Below are positions 1 through 9,622 of a DNA stretch of 64,000 bases, piece by piece. The notes under the pieces were generated by a model. It worked only from the letters and a program-made list of their open reading frames with translations, searched no databases and had not been told where the DNA came from. How positions within the stretch are numbered: the stretch's first letter is position 1; each line of letters starts with the position of its first letter. Location: NCBI GenBank assembly GCA_035692425.1, contig DASSHZ010000004.1, positions 4,461-68,460 of the forward strand, read 5' to 3'. The position numbers and the translations under genes are program-made. This DNA comes from Nocardioidaceae bacterium. Its GTDB lineage: Bacteria; Actinomycetota; Actinomycetes; Propionibacteriales; Nocardioidaceae.

Positions 1-59
1 CCGACGGTTCGCCGCCCGGGCCGCACACGGACTGCCGCAACGAGCGCGCGCTGCTAGCA

Positions 60-482
60 CTAGCGAGGACCACTCTCCAGAACCGACTTGAGAGTCGCGA
101 GTTCGGTCTCAACCGACCGCAGCAGTTCGTCGAAGAAAGCGTCGCTCACCTCGAGCGGTTGTGTGACGGTCATGAGGAAGTCCGCCCCGCGCCCGTTGGG
201 AACTACCCGCGCTGGCACCCTCGCGGCCTCCATGGACTCGTCGCGGAACTCATGGTCGACGATGCCCGTGCCGGCATCGGCGAGGATGCGGAATTCGGCA
301 GGTCCGTCGGGCGTCCCCAACTTCCACCACCCCGGCTCATCACCAGGTTCGACGGACAACATGTTGACGACGGCCCAACGCGGCCAATTCATGGGGTCGG
401 CCAGAAACGCATGCACTTCGGCGGCTGGTCGGTCAATGGTCACTGACTTCGTGACAGATCTAGCCGGAGGGGTCCCGTTCAC
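60..482 (-). CDS. SRPBCC (START/polyketide-cyclase-like) family protein; start uncertain (longest ORF reaches 620; in-frame GTG at 482 or 443)
   Basis: ORF track 60..620. The C-terminal ~140 aa (..SVTIDRPAAEVHAFLADPMNWPRW..) resemble an SRPBCC ligand-binding domain. The N-terminal part of the long ORF is Arg/Ser-rich filler. Confidence 0.55.
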   Translation of the reverse strand: MNGTPPARSVTKSVTIDRPAAEVHAFLADPMNWPRWAVVNMLSVEPGDEPGWWKLGTPDGPAEFRILADAGTGIVDHEFRDESMEAARVPARVVPNGRGADFLMTVTQPLEVSDAFFDELLRSVETELATLKSVLESGPR

Positions 483-652
483 CCTTCTGACCCTACAAGG
501 TGTCTCCTGAAAGAGATCGTGGTCGATCCGGGAGGAGGAGCGTGGCGTGCCGCCCACCACTTCCACGAACGGCCTCTCGCCGATCCGACACATCTGACCA
601 GATTCCCTCGACGATGCCACACTCGGACGAGTGACCCTTTGCGGACGCTGCG

Positions 653-1042
653 TTATGACGCGCCCCCGAGGTGGCGCCTTATCCAGGTTGCGAGGGCTTG
701 GGCGTCCAGGTTGCCGGCGGCGGCTGCGAGGATGAGTGCCTCGGCTTGGTCGACGGAGTAGGCGAGGTCGCGTCCGTTGAGGAGGCAGAAGACTCTGGTG
801 GCGGCCCAGGCGAGGCGCTTGTTCCCGTCGACGAGGGCGTGGTTCCTGACCAGCGAGTGCAGCAGCGCGGCCGCCTTGTCCTCAAACGTCGGGTAGGCGT
901 CAGCTCCGAGGAACGTGGCCTGGGGACGGCCGGCCGCGGCAGCAAGCAGGCCTGCGTCTCGGACGACCAGCTCGTCGAGCACCCCGCCGGCGATGCCGAG
1001 CAGGTCCTCGACGGTGAGGTAGTCGAGGTGCTCGTCGGTCAC
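653..1042 (-). CDS. doc: Doc (death-on-curing) Fic-family toxin
   Basis: 129-aa ORF with Fic/Doc motif HALVDGNKRLAW. It overlaps the upstream small RHH ORF by 4 bp. Confidence 0.85.
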   Translation of the reverse strand: MTDEHLDYLTVEDLLGIAGGVLDELVVRDAGLLAAAAGRPQATFLGADAYPTFEDKAAALLHSLVRNHALVDGNKRLAWAATRVFCLLNGRDLAYSVDQAEALILAAAAGNLDAQALATWIRRHLGGAS

Positions 1043-1236
1043 CTCGCGAGGCGGTCGAGGAGCTCGCGGTCCTCGTCGCGCACGCGCTCAATCGCGCTGC
1101 GGAGGCGCTGCGGGCGCTCGGACACGTACTGGGCGATCGCGGTTCGAGCCACCTCCTGCATGGATCGGCCCTCCTCGTCCGCCTTGGCGCGTAGGGCGTC
1201 GCTCTCGGCGTCGCTCAGACGCAGGTTCATCGCCAT
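1039..1236 (-). CDS. Ribbon-helix-helix antitoxin (Phd-equivalent partner of Doc); alternative starts at 1230 or 1287
   Basis: MAMNLRLSDAESDALRAKADEEGRSMQEVARTAIAQYV fits an RHH beta-strand plus two helices. Its stop overlaps the doc start. Operator-like repeats lie directly upstream. Confidence 0.7.
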   Translation of the reverse strand: MAMNLRLSDAESDALRAKADEEGRSMQEVARTAIAQYVSERPQRLRSAIERVRDEDRELLDRLAR

Positions 1237-1243
1237 GGCAACG

Positions 1244-1265
1244 ATGGTACCAGCATGGTACCAGC
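1244..1265 (-). promoter_or_regulatory. Tandem 11-bp direct repeat ATGGTACCAGC x2, each containing the 8-bp palindrome TGGTACCA; candidate TA autoregulatory operator overlapping a -10-like TACCAT
   Basis: Read directly: 1244-1254 and 1255-1265 are identical. On the minus strand the sequence reads GCTGGTACCAT GCTGGTACCAT CGTTGCC ATG. Confidence 0.5.
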
Positions 1266-1457
1266 GGCGCTCGGTGGGCGTCGCCATACGCCGGCGACGT
1301 AGGCGGTGAGGAAGTGGACACCGTGGCGGTCAGGGGTCGGTGGGGATCGGGGCGGCCCTTCCGGGCGGCGTCTGAGAGTGCGTAGCCGACCTCTCGATCG
1401 CCTCGCCTGTGATGTCGCTGAGCGCCTCGATCGAGCCGGCCTCAACTGACAGGCTCG

Positions 1458-2297
1458 TCAGTCGGTCGCGTTCCGGATCTCGTCCAGGAAGCGGCCACGG
1501 CCCTCGGCGTAGCGCCCGCCGGTCCGATACTCGGCGGCGACCAGGTTGAGCAGCTCCTCGACCGACGTGTCGGCGGCCCGCTTGTCGAAAGTGATCTCGC
1601 CGTGCTGCAGCAGGTTCACCCGGTCGCACACCTCGAGCACCTGCGTGTAGTTGTGGGCGATGAGGATGATCGACAGGTCCCCGCGATCGCGCAGCTTGGT
1701 AACCAGATCCAAGATGATGCCGCCCTCCTTGGCCCCCATCGCCGCGAGGGGCTCGTCGAGCAGCAGGATCTTCGCGCGCGAGTAGACGGACCGGGCCACG
1801 GCGACCGCCTGCCGCTGGCCGCCGGAGAGGTTGGCGACCTCGTCGTTCACCGAGGGGATGTTGATGCCGATGTCGTCGAGGTACTTGCGGGCGTCGCGCC
1901 GCATGTGGGACCGCCGCAGGAACGGACCCCGGCGGGGCTCCCGGTTCAGGTGGAGGTTCATGTAGACGGGCAGCGTGTTGATCAGGGCCAGGTCCTGGAA
2001 GACGGTCTCGATGCCCAGCGACCGCGCATGCTGAACGCTGGTGAGCTTGACCGGCTCCGCGTCGACGTACAACTGCCCGCTGGACGGCTGGTGGAACCCG
2101 GTGAGGATCTTGATCAGGGTGGACTTCCCGGCGCCGTTGTCGCCGAGCAGTCCTAGCACCTCTCCCCGGTCGACGTGCATGTTGATGTCCCGCAGCGCCG
2201 TGATGTGCCCGAACGTCTTCGAGACGTGCTCGGCCCGGATCGCGGCCGAGTCTGTGTTCGTCGTTGCCGCCGCGGAGGGCGCCTGCTGCTCGGTCAT
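1458..2297 (-). CDS. Sugar ABC transporter ATP-binding protein (single NBD)
   Basis: Walker A GDNGAGKST, signature LSGGQRQ and Walker B ILLLDEP are present. The start was trimmed to MTEQQ (ATG 2295-2297), just downstream of the permease stop at 2302. Confidence 0.9.
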   Translation of the reverse strand: MTEQQAPSAAATTNTDSAAIRAEHVSKTFGHITALRDINMHVDRGEVLGLLGDNGAGKSTLIKILTGFHQPSSGQLYVDAEPVKLTSVQHARSLGIETVFQDLALINTLPVYMNLHLNREPRRGPFLRRSHMRRDARKYLDDIGINIPSVNDEVANLSGGQRQAVAVARSVYSRAKILLLDEPLAAMGAKEGGIILDLVTKLRDRGDLSIILIAHNYTQVLEVCDRVNLLQHGEITFDKRAADTSVEELLNLVAAEYRTGGRYAEGRGRFLDEIRNATD

Positions 2298-2301
2298 CGG
2301 G

Positions 2302-3342
2302 TCACCCCGCCTTCGCTGCTCGTCGGAACCGTTGCAACTGCGTGTTGAAGAACATGGCCACCAGGATCGCGAAGCCCTCGATGATGATGAACGTCGTCGC
2401 GGAGATCCCCTCGATGTTGAAGCCGTCCTGCAGTAGGCCGAGCAGGAGCGCACCGAAGAAGGCGCCGATCACGGTCCCCGAGCCGCCGAGCAGCGCCGTA
2501 CCGCCGATGACACACGATGCGACCGCGGCGAACATTAGGTCGTTGCCGCCGGCGTTCGGGTCGAAGGACTGGCTGATGTGGATGCCGTCGAGGACGCCGC
2601 CGAATCCCGAGAACACCGCCGTCAGGATGAACGCCCGGACCTTGATCTCCCGGGTGCGGATGCCGGCCTCGGACGCCCCGATGGAGTTGGCCCCGGTCGC
2701 GATCGTGTAGGTGCCCATCTTGGTCTGGGTCAAGACGATCTGCATGATGATGCAGATGGCGATTGCCCAGATGATCTCCGACCAACCCCCGCCGCCGAAG
2801 ATGTAGACGACGGTCCCCGACGTCGGTGCGGGACGCGGAAAGCTGCTCGACACCTTCAGCGTGATGCCGTGCAGTAGATACAGCGTGCCCAGCGTCGTGA
2901 TGAAGGACGGCAGTTTGAGGAACTGGGTGATGAGGCCGTTGAAGAGCCCGATCAGGGCGCAGAAGGCCAGCGCGATAACCAACGAGATGAACAGCGGGAT
3001 GCCGACGTCGTTGAACGCCATCATGATGAACGGCGCCAGCGCGAAGGTCATGCCGGCCGACAGGTCGATCTCGCCGCAGACGAGCAGGAACACCTCGCCG
3101 GCCGCCATGATCGCGGTCGCCGACGTCAGGTCCGCGATGTTGCCGATGTTGTTGGTGGAGAAGAACGCGCTATTCGCGATGGCGAAGTAGATGAACAGCG
3201 CGATCACGACCACGACGACGCTGAGCTCGCGGAGCCGCAGGATGGCGGTCAGTGGGGCGAAGCCGGGCCCCGCCGGCCCGTTTCGCTGGTCGGGTGAGGG
3301 CGCAACTGGGCCGGTCGCCGACTGGGTCTGTTCCGTGGTCAT
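2302..3342 (-). CDS. Sugar ABC transporter permease (AraH/RbsC-type, CUT2)
   Basis: 346-aa polytopic membrane ORF between the binding-protein and ATPase genes on the same strand. Confidence 0.9.
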   Translation of the reverse strand: MTTEQTQSATGPVAPSPDQRNGPAGPGFAPLTAILRLRELSVVVVVIALFIYFAIANSAFFSTNNIGNIADLTSATAIMAAGEVFLLVCGEIDLSAGMTFALAPFIMMAFNDVGIPLFISLVIALAFCALIGLFNGLITQFLKLPSFITTLGTLYLLHGITLKVSSSFPRPAPTSGTVVYIFGGGGWSEIIWAIAICIIMQIVLTQTKMGTYTIATGANSIGASEAGIRTREIKVRAFILTAVFSGFGGVLDGIHISQSFDPNAGGNDLMFAAVASCVIGGTALLGGSGTVIGAFFGALLLGLLQDGFNIEGISATTFIIIEGFAILVAMFFNTQLQRFRRAAKAG

Positions 3343-3431
3343 GACACCATCCCGTCCGTCCCATGTCGTGCCGGTCCACCCGCCGCCTCCCGCCCCGCTC
3401 GGCAGCGGGAGGCGGCGGACAGATCACTGCA

Positions 3432-4517
3432 TCACTTGATGTACTTCTGCGTCGACGAGCTGCCCTCGAAGCGGTTAGTCGTCGTCAGGTAGGGGGCGAC
3501 GTTCGACTTGGTCACGAACTTCAGCCCGGTGTTGGTCATCGCGGGGTTAACCAGCGTGCCGGACAGCTTGTACATGTAAAGGTAGATGATCGGCAGGAAG
3601 CCCTGCAGGTACGCCGACTGGTCGATCGTGAAGTCGATGATCCCGGCCTTGATCGAGTTCTCGGTCGGTACCAGCAGGTCGAATCCACCGCCATGCACGC
3701 CCTGCTTCTGCAGGCCGTACTTCTTCATCACATTGGCCACGCCCTGGGTACTGCCGGCATCGACGGCGTATAGGCCCTTGTAATCCTTGTTGCCCTGCCA
3801 GAACGCGTCGATCTTCGCCTGTTCTGGGTTGACGTCCGCCCCGGTCGCGATCTGCTTCACCTGGAAGCCCTTGTTCGCGGCCTTGAGCGCAGCCATTGCC
3901 CCGTCGGCCCGCGGCTGGATGTTCAGCGCGCCGGGGGTCGCGATGAAGATCGCCACCTTCGAGCCCGCCGGGAGCGTCTGGGCGATTCGCTGCCCCATCG
4001 CCTGGCCGGCGGCGTACAGGTCCTGACCGATGTAGGCGAGCCTGGCGTTCGACGGGGAGTCGGCGTTGTAGGACACCACCGGTATGCCCGCGGCGAGCGC
4101 GTTCTTGGTCGGCACGTTGAAGGCTGTGAGGTCGATCAGCGCCACCGCGATGCCGTCCGCCTTCGCGGTGATCGCCGTGTTCATCGCGGTCACCATCTGG
4201 GAGACGATCGAGTTCTCCGAGCCGGTCCACTGGTAGGTGCACTTGAGGAGCGCACACGCGTCCTGGATGCCGTACTGGGTGGCCTGGAAGAACGGGTTGG
4301 TCGTCACGTGGTTGACGAACACGAACTTCCACTTCGGAGTGACGGGGAACTGCCCGGCACCGCCGGAGGCTCCCGCATTTGTGTTCGACCCACAGGCGGC
4401 GAGCACCGCCGCCGCGAGCGTCGAAAGACCGGCGCCCTTCAGAATCGTGCGCCGGGTGGCTCCGCCTTCTGTCACCACCACGGGTTCTTCGTCGAACTGC
4501 TCTAGATGCTCTGGCAT
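3432..4517 (-). CDS. Sugar ABC transporter substrate-binding lipoprotein (periplasmic-binding-protein type I)
   Basis: Twin-Arg/lipobox leader RRTILKGAGLSTLAAAVLAACGSN, followed by a PBP-like domain. It sits in an operon with the permease and ATPase. Confidence 0.85.
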   Translation of the reverse strand: MPEHLEQFDEEPVVVTEGGATRRTILKGAGLSTLAAAVLAACGSNTNAGASGGAGQFPVTPKWKFVFVNHVTTNPFFQATQYGIQDACALLKCTYQWTGSENSIVSQMVTAMNTAITAKADGIAVALIDLTAFNVPTKNALAAGIPVVSYNADSPSNARLAYIGQDLYAAGQAMGQRIAQTLPAGSKVAIFIATPGALNIQPRADGAMAALKAANKGFQVKQIATGADVNPEQAKIDAFWQGNKDYKGLYAVDAGSTQGVANVMKKYGLQKQGVHGGGFDLLVPTENSIKAGIIDFTIDQSAYLQGFLPIIYLYMYKLSGTLVNPAMTNTGLKFVTKSNVAPYLTTTNRFEGSSSTQKYIK

Positions 4518-4670
4518 GGTGTCAATCCCTTCGGAGGGTTAGGACAGGGGCGCATGCGGCACACCGGACACGATGCTGACACCGCAGGTCGCTGTCAAGG
4601 GTTCGCGGTTGGTCATCCGGGCAGGTTCTCGGACTCGCTCCTCTCTCCGGCGGCCGCGGCGGCGGCCGGC

Positions 4671-6068
4671 TCAAACGGCGGCATACTCGACTCCGGAAAG
4701 ACGACAGAAGACCCGCCAGTCATCGCCGTGGTGGCCGAGCGTCATGGTCATGTGGTGCGTCCCGCCGAGCGACAGCCACTCGTCCATGCAGGCGCGCAGG
4801 CCGGCCCCCGGGCGGAACTGCCCGTAGGGCATCTCCAGAGCGGGCAGCAGCTGGCTGTCCAGCACGTCGCCCTCGGCCACGACCAGCCGGAACCGCTCCC
4901 CGCCCAGCGAGACCAGCGAGGCGAGCGTCGCGGGCCCGGGTCGGATGCGGAACAAGAACGTGGGCGGGTCGTCGAGCCGACCGATTCCGAGGGACCGCTT
5001 GACGAGCTGCACCGGCTCGTCGGTGCGGGCGACCCGCCAGTTCCCCTCTCCCATGTGGCTCATCAGTATCGAGTCGGTGGGGAAGTCCATGGCGTACATC
5101 TCGGTGAAGTGCGCGGTGCCCTCCAGGCGCTGGCCGGCGAAGACCAGCACCGCGGCGAGCGCGTCCCCCTCGGCGCCGTACCCGTAGCCCTTGGCCATCA
5201 GGCTGGAGGCGGCCGCCAGCGGCAGCCGCCGGAAGCGCCCGTCCTCGCCGATCGCGTCGAAGTGGGTGGAGTAGGCACCCAGCCCGCGGTCGTCCAGGAT
5301 GGCCTGGATCGCGATCTGCATGCGGGCGTGGTCGTGTCGCTCCTCGACGGAGAGTCGGTCGTCGACGGCGAAGTTGTCGTTCTCCCAGGCGACGAGGGCG
5401 TCGACGTCGTCCGCGGCGACCGCCTGCATGCCGCGGTAGAGGTCGCCTGGAGCGACGTAGGTGATCTGCGGACCGAGGACCCGGAGCAGCGCGTGCTCGT
5501 CGACCCGGATGTCTCCCATCTCGTTCATCGCGTAGCCGAAGACGCCTACCCGCAGCGACCGCAGCGCGGTCACGGTCGCGGCGGCGCGCGCCCAGCTGTC
5601 GATGCGGGCGCGGAAAGCCTCGGAGCGCCAGTCCTCGGTCACCACGTCGAACGGCCGGCCGGCTCGCACCATCGCGTTCGCGGTGTCCTGGGCGCCGTGG
5701 ATGCCCTGGTTGTAGGTCATGTCGGCCATGTCCCAGCGGGGCGACACCGCGGGCTCGGGCTGGATGTTGGCCAGGCACACCGGCAGCCGGTTGTCGTTGA
5801 AGAGGCGGGCCACACGCATGGCCGGGCCGTACGTGAGCATGACGACAAGTACGCCGTCGAGGTCCGCGTTCTCGAAGCCGCGCATCACCCGCTCCGCGTC
5901 CTCGCGGCCCTTGACCGGCGGGCCGACGACGAAGTCGGCAACGTCGCCGAGTTGACGGGCCACCTCCTCGGCGTAGCTGCCCTGGCGCTCCGTGATGCCC
6001 GGGATCATGTGGTCGTAGAGCGCCTGCATGACCCCGAGCACGCCGATCCGCGGCCGAGCCGCCGTCAT
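4671..6068 (-). CDS. araA: L-arabinose isomerase family protein
   Basis: Motifs GYGYGAEGD, FTEMY and MSHMGEG parallel the AraA catalytic regions GYGFAGEGD / FMEDY / GSHMLE. The start was trimmed to MTAARPRIGVLG (ATG at 6068), 1 nt from the araD stop. Confidence 0.75.
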   Translation of the reverse strand: MTAARPRIGVLGVMQALYDHMIPGITERQGSYAEEVARQLGDVADFVVGPPVKGREDAERVMRGFENADLDGVLVVMLTYGPAMRVARLFNDNRLPVCLANIQPEPAVSPRWDMADMTYNQGIHGAQDTANAMVRAGRPFDVVTEDWRSEAFRARIDSWARAAATVTALRSLRVGVFGYAMNEMGDIRVDEHALLRVLGPQITYVAPGDLYRGMQAVAADDVDALVAWENDNFAVDDRLSVEERHDHARMQIAIQAILDDRGLGAYSTHFDAIGEDGRFRRLPLAAASSLMAKGYGYGAEGDALAAVLVFAGQRLEGTAHFTEMYAMDFPTDSILMSHMGEGNWRVARTDEPVQLVKRSLGIGRLDDPPTFLFRIRPGPATLASLVSLGGERFRLVVAEGDVLDSQLLPALEMPYGQFRPGAGLRACMDEWLSLGGTHHMTMTLGHHGDDWRVFCRLSGVEYAAV

Positions 6069-6069
6069 G

Positions 6070-6765
6070 TCAGTCCTCCTCGCTCCGCGGCTGCCCGTAG
6101 CCGCTCTGGTACCTGGCATAGAGCCGGTCGATGGCCGCCGGGTCGATCCGCCGGGGCTCCCCCAGCTGGCGCGCCAGGTGCACGGTCCGCGCCACGTCCT
6201 CGCACATGACGGCGGCCTTCACCGCGGCCCGCGCGTCCGGCCCGATGGTGAAGACCCCGTGGTTGGCCATCAGCACGGCCGGCGACCGGTGGTGACGCAG
6301 CGTTTCGACGATGCCCCGGCCGATGTCGTCGTTGCCGATCAGGGCGAACGGCCCCACCGGGATGTCCCCGCCGAACTCGTCGGCCATCGCGGTGAGCACA
6401 CACGGGATCGCCGCGCCGAGGGCGGCCCACGCAGTCGCGTACGGCGAGTGGGTGTGCACCACGCCACCGACCTCCGGCATCTCCCGGTAGACGTAAGCAT
6501 GCGCCGCGGTGTCGCTGGACGGTGCCAAGTCGCCGTCGACGACTGTCGCGTCGAGGTCGCAGACGACCAGATCGTCCGGCCGGAGGTCGTCGTACCCGAC
6601 ACCGCTGGGCTTGATGACCATCAGGTCGGCACCGGGCACCCGCGCCGACACGTTCCCGGCGGTCCAGGCGACCAGCCCGTATCGCGGCAGTAGCGAGTGC
6701 AGGTCGGCCACCGCACGCCGCGCGGCGGCCACCGCCGGTGAGAGCCTCGCGTCCACGACGCTCAT
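6070..6765 (-). CDS. araD: L-ribulose-5-phosphate 4-epimerase (class II aldolase fold)
   Basis: The MSVVDARL... segment carries AGNVSAR, VIKPSG and HTHS motifs. An ATGA overlap joins it to the araB stop. The upstream part of the 472-aa ORF is an Arg-rich shadow over araB. Confidence 0.9.
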   Translation of the reverse strand: MSVVDARLSPAVAAARRAVADLHSLLPRYGLVAWTAGNVSARVPGADLMVIKPSGVGYDDLRPDDLVVCDLDATVVDGDLAPSSDTAAHAYVYREMPEVGGVVHTHSPYATAWAALGAAIPCVLTAMADEFGGDIPVGPFALIGNDDIGRGIVETLRHHRSPAVLMANHGVFTIGPDARAAVKAAVMCEDVARTVHLARQLGEPRRIDPAAIDRLYARYQSGYGQPRSEED

Positions 6766-8453
6766 GCGGATCGCGCCGCCTTCCGGAGTGCGCGCAGCCG
6801 GTGGAGCACGTCGTTGCCGCCCCGGCCGAAGTAGTCGTGCAGCTGCCGGTACTCGGCGAACAGGCCGTCGTAGGCCGCGGCCCGGTGCGCGTCGGGCAGG
6901 TAGGCGCCGCGGTGGGTGGCCCCCATCGCCGCCGACGCCGAGGGGACGTCCGGATGGATGGCGGCGGCTACGGCCGCGTGGATGGCGGAGCCGAGGGCCG
7001 GGCCCTGCGCTGACCCGATCACCCCGAGCGGGCGGTTCAGCACGTCGGCGTAGATCTGCATCAGCAGCCGGTTCTTCAGCAGCCCGCCGGCGACGATCAC
7101 CTCGCGGACGGGCACCCCGGCCGCGTCGAAGGCGTCCACGATCGTGCGCGTCCCGAAGGCCGTCGCCTCGATCAGCGCCCGGTAGACATCCTCCGGCCGG
7201 GTCGCCAGCGTGGCGCCGACAAGCACGCCCGAGAGCTCGTGGTCGACGAGCACCGACCGGTTCCCGTTGTGCCAGTCGAGCGCGACCAGCCCGTGCTCGC
7301 TCACGCGTTGCCGCCCGGCCAGCTCGCTCAGGTACTGGTGAATGTCGAGGCCGCGCCGCTCCGCCTCGGCGCGGTAGCCGGGAGGCACCGACGAGTCGGC
7401 GTACCAGGCGAAGATGTCGCCCACCCCGGACTGGCCCGCCTCGTAGCCCCAGAGGCCGGCGACGATCCCGCCGTCGACCACGCCGCACATGCCCGGGACC
7501 TCCCGGAGCACGTCGCTGTTCATGACATGGCAGGTCGAGGTGCCCATGATGGCCACCAGCTGCCCCGCGCCGACCGCCCCGGCGGCCGGCGCGGTCACGT
7601 GGGCATCCACGTTGCCGACTGCAACCGCGATCCCCGCCGGCAGCCCCGTCCAGTCGGCCGCCCGCGCGCTGAGCCGGCCGGCCGTCCCCCCCAGCGCGCC
7701 GATCGGCGCGGCCAGCTTGGCGACCACATCCGAGAAGCCCTGGTTCAGCGCCCCGAAGTAGTCCGCCGACGGGTAGCTGCCGTCCTGGAACATCGCCTTG
7801 TAGCCGGCGGTGCAGGGGTTACGCACATAGGTGTCGCAGAGCTGCCAGACGATCCAGTCGGCCGCCTCGACCCAGTGGTCCATCCGCCGGTAGACCTCGG
7901 GGTCCTCCTCGAGCACCTGCAGCGCCTTGGCGAGCTCCCACTCGGCGGAGACGCGGCCGCCGTACCGCCCGAGCCACGACTCGCCCCGGTCCCGAGCGAG
8001 CTCGGTGATGCGGTCCGCCTGCGGCTGGGCGGCGTGGTGCTTCCACAGCTTGACGTAGGCGTGCGGACGGCGTTCAAAACCGGCGACCTCGCACAGCGGC
8101 GTCCCGTCGGAGGCGACCGGCAGCACTGTGCAGGCAGTGAAGTCGGTACCGATGGCGACCACGTCCTCGGCGCTGGCACCACTCGCCGCCAGCGCCTTCG
8201 GCACCGCCTGCTGCAGCACCTCCACGTAGTCGGCCGGGACCTGCAGCGCCCAGTCGGGAGGCAGCGGCTCGCCGGTGGCCGCCAGATGCGTGTCGAGCAC
8301 GCCGTGGCGGTAGTCGTGGACCGCGGAGCCGAGCTCTAGGCCGTCGGACGCTCGGACCACCACGGCCCGGCCGGACAGGGTGCCGAAGTCCACGCCCACC
8401 ACGAGCGCCGCGCTCCGTGCGCTCCGGTCGAGGTACGCCGAGGGGGGCGCCAC
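6762..8453 (-). CDS. araB: Ribulokinase (FGGY family)
   Basis: 563-aa ORF with VVGVDFGTLSGR at the N-terminus and an FGGY C-terminal domain. It leads araD-araA. Confidence 0.9.
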   Translation of the reverse strand: MAPPSAYLDRSARSAALVVGVDFGTLSGRAVVVRASDGLELGSAVHDYRHGVLDTHLAATGEPLPPDWALQVPADYVEVLQQAVPKALAASGASAEDVVAIGTDFTACTVLPVASDGTPLCEVAGFERRPHAYVKLWKHHAAQPQADRITELARDRGESWLGRYGGRVSAEWELAKALQVLEEDPEVYRRMDHWVEAADWIVWQLCDTYVRNPCTAGYKAMFQDGSYPSADYFGALNQGFSDVVAKLAAPIGALGGTAGRLSARAADWTGLPAGIAVAVGNVDAHVTAPAAGAVGAGQLVAIMGTSTCHVMNSDVLREVPGMCGVVDGGIVAGLWGYEAGQSGVGDIFAWYADSSVPPGYRAEAERRGLDIHQYLSELAGRQRVSEHGLVALDWHNGNRSVLVDHELSGVLVGATLATRPEDVYRALIEATAFGTRTIVDAFDAAGVPVREVIVAGGLLKNRLLMQIYADVLNRPLGVIGSAQGPALGSAIHAAVAAAIHPDVPSASAAMGATHRGAYLPDAHRAAAYDGLFAEYRQLHDYFGRGGNDVLHRLRALRKAARSA

Positions 8454-8486
8454 GACACCCTCCGTCCCACCGGTCGGCCCGGTACG

Positions 8487-8500
8487 TGTTAGCGCTCACA
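8487..8500. promoter_or_regulatory. LacI-family operator candidate TGTTAGCGCTCACA
   Basis: 14-bp imperfect palindrome, 12/14 symmetric. It differs by one base from the core TGTGAGCGCTCACA of the symmetric lac operator. It lies 34-47 nt upstream of the araB start and just downstream of the LacI gene. Confidence 0.55.
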
Positions 8501-8581
8501 TCTGTTGCTTGCGGACAGTTTCCTCACTTCCGCATCAGCGGTCAAGGGGTTGGCTGGACCAGCCGGCCAGCCCGCGGTGTC

Positions 8582-9622
8582 CTACCGCAGCGAGCTCCGG
8601 CGTACGACGAGCTCGGGCTGCACGACGACGGCCGGCGGCTCCGAGGGGCGGTCTCCGATGTGGTGCAGCAGCAGCTCGATGCTGCGCTGCCCGACGGTCG
8701 CGAAGTCCTGGCGGACCGTGGTCAGCGGCGGTACGTAGTAGGCCGCCTCCGGCACGTCGTCGAACCCGACGACCAAGACGTCCGCGGGGACGCGCACGCC
8801 GGCCTCGTGCAGCGCCCAGAGCACGCCGAGGGCCATCTGGTCGTTGGCCACGAAGACCGCCTCGACCGAGGGGTCGGCCGCGGCCAGCCGCCGGCCGGCC
8901 GCATAGCCGGAGGCCGGACTCCAGTCGCCGCGCAGCGGGGTGGGCGCCGCGCACCCGGCGAGGGCCAGCTCCCGGCGCCAACCGGACATCCGGGCCTCGG
9001 CCTCGGGCCAGTCCCGCGGGCCAGCCACGTGTACGACGCTCGAGACGCCCTGGTCCAGAAGGTGCCGGGTCGCGAGCCGGGCGCCGGCTACCTGATCCAC
9101 ACTCACCGACGACAGGCCGCGGACCGCCCCGCCCTCGACGACGACCATCGGGACCCGCTCGGTCACCGTTGCCAGCGCCCGCAGGGCCTCGTGCACGGGC
9201 GCAATGACCACCAGGCCCTCGACACCCTGCTCGGCGAGCCGGTCGAAGGCGTCCGAGATCGTCGCCCGGTCGAGTGCCTTGAGGCTGGCCACGCTGACGA
9301 AGTAGCCGGCTCGGCGGGCCGCGCGCTGGATTCCGTGCAACGTGCTGGCCGGACCGTAGAGCGTCGTGTCGTAGCTGATCACCCCCAGCAGCCGGGACCG
9401 CCGGGTGACGAGTGCCCGGGCCGCCAGGTTGCGGCGGTAGTCGAGCTCCTTGACCGCGGCCAGCACCCGCTCGCGAGTAGCCGCACTCACCGAGGGATGC
9501 CCGTTCAGCACGCGCGAGACCGTCTGGTGCGACACCCCGGCCAGTAGGGCGACGTCGGCCATCGTTGGGAGCGTGTTCGGGCGGAGCGGCCGACCCGAGC
9601 GAGCGCCGCCGTCCTCGGCCAT
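8582..9622 (-). CDS. LacI-family transcriptional regulator (probable pentose-operon repressor); alternative start at 9562
   Basis: [24 protein letters not shown] followed by a periplasmic-binding-fold sugar domain. The listed 946-aa ORF is a read-through artefact antisense to xylA. Confidence 0.9.
   Translation of the reverse strand: MAEDGGARSGRPLRPNTLPTMADVALLAGVSHQTVSRVLNGHPSVSAATRERVLAAVKELDYRRNLAARALVTRRSRLLGVISYDTTLYGPASTLHGIQRAARRAGYFVSVASLKALDRATISDAFDRLAEQGVEGLVVIAPVHEALRALATVTERVPMVVVEGGAVRGLSSVSVDQVAGARLATRHLLDQGVSSVVHVAGPRDWPEAEARMSGWRRELALAGCAAPTPLRGDWSPASGYAAGRRLAAADPSVEAVFVANDQMALGVLWALHEAGVRVPADVLVVGFDDVPEAAYYVPPLTTVRQDFATVGQRSIELLLHHIGDRPSEPPAVVVQPELVVRRSSLR

Noticed and set aside
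4506-6209. Long antisense ORFs opposite strong genes: 4506-6209 (+), 7239-8339 (+), 41423-42805 (+), 46835-48784 (-), 53855-55255 (+), 60911-62746 (+) and many others in the track
   Set aside because: Their translations are dominated by Arg/Gly/Pro/Ala/His and lack motifs. Each lies opposite an ORF with clear family motifs. This is the expected stop-codon-poor shadow effect in ~70% G+C DNA.
6070-7488. 472-aa ORF extending araD far upstream
   Set aside because: The extension (RRGRRRDRRRP...) is shadow sequence over araB. The epimerase domain begins at MSVVD, whose ATG overlaps the araB stop.
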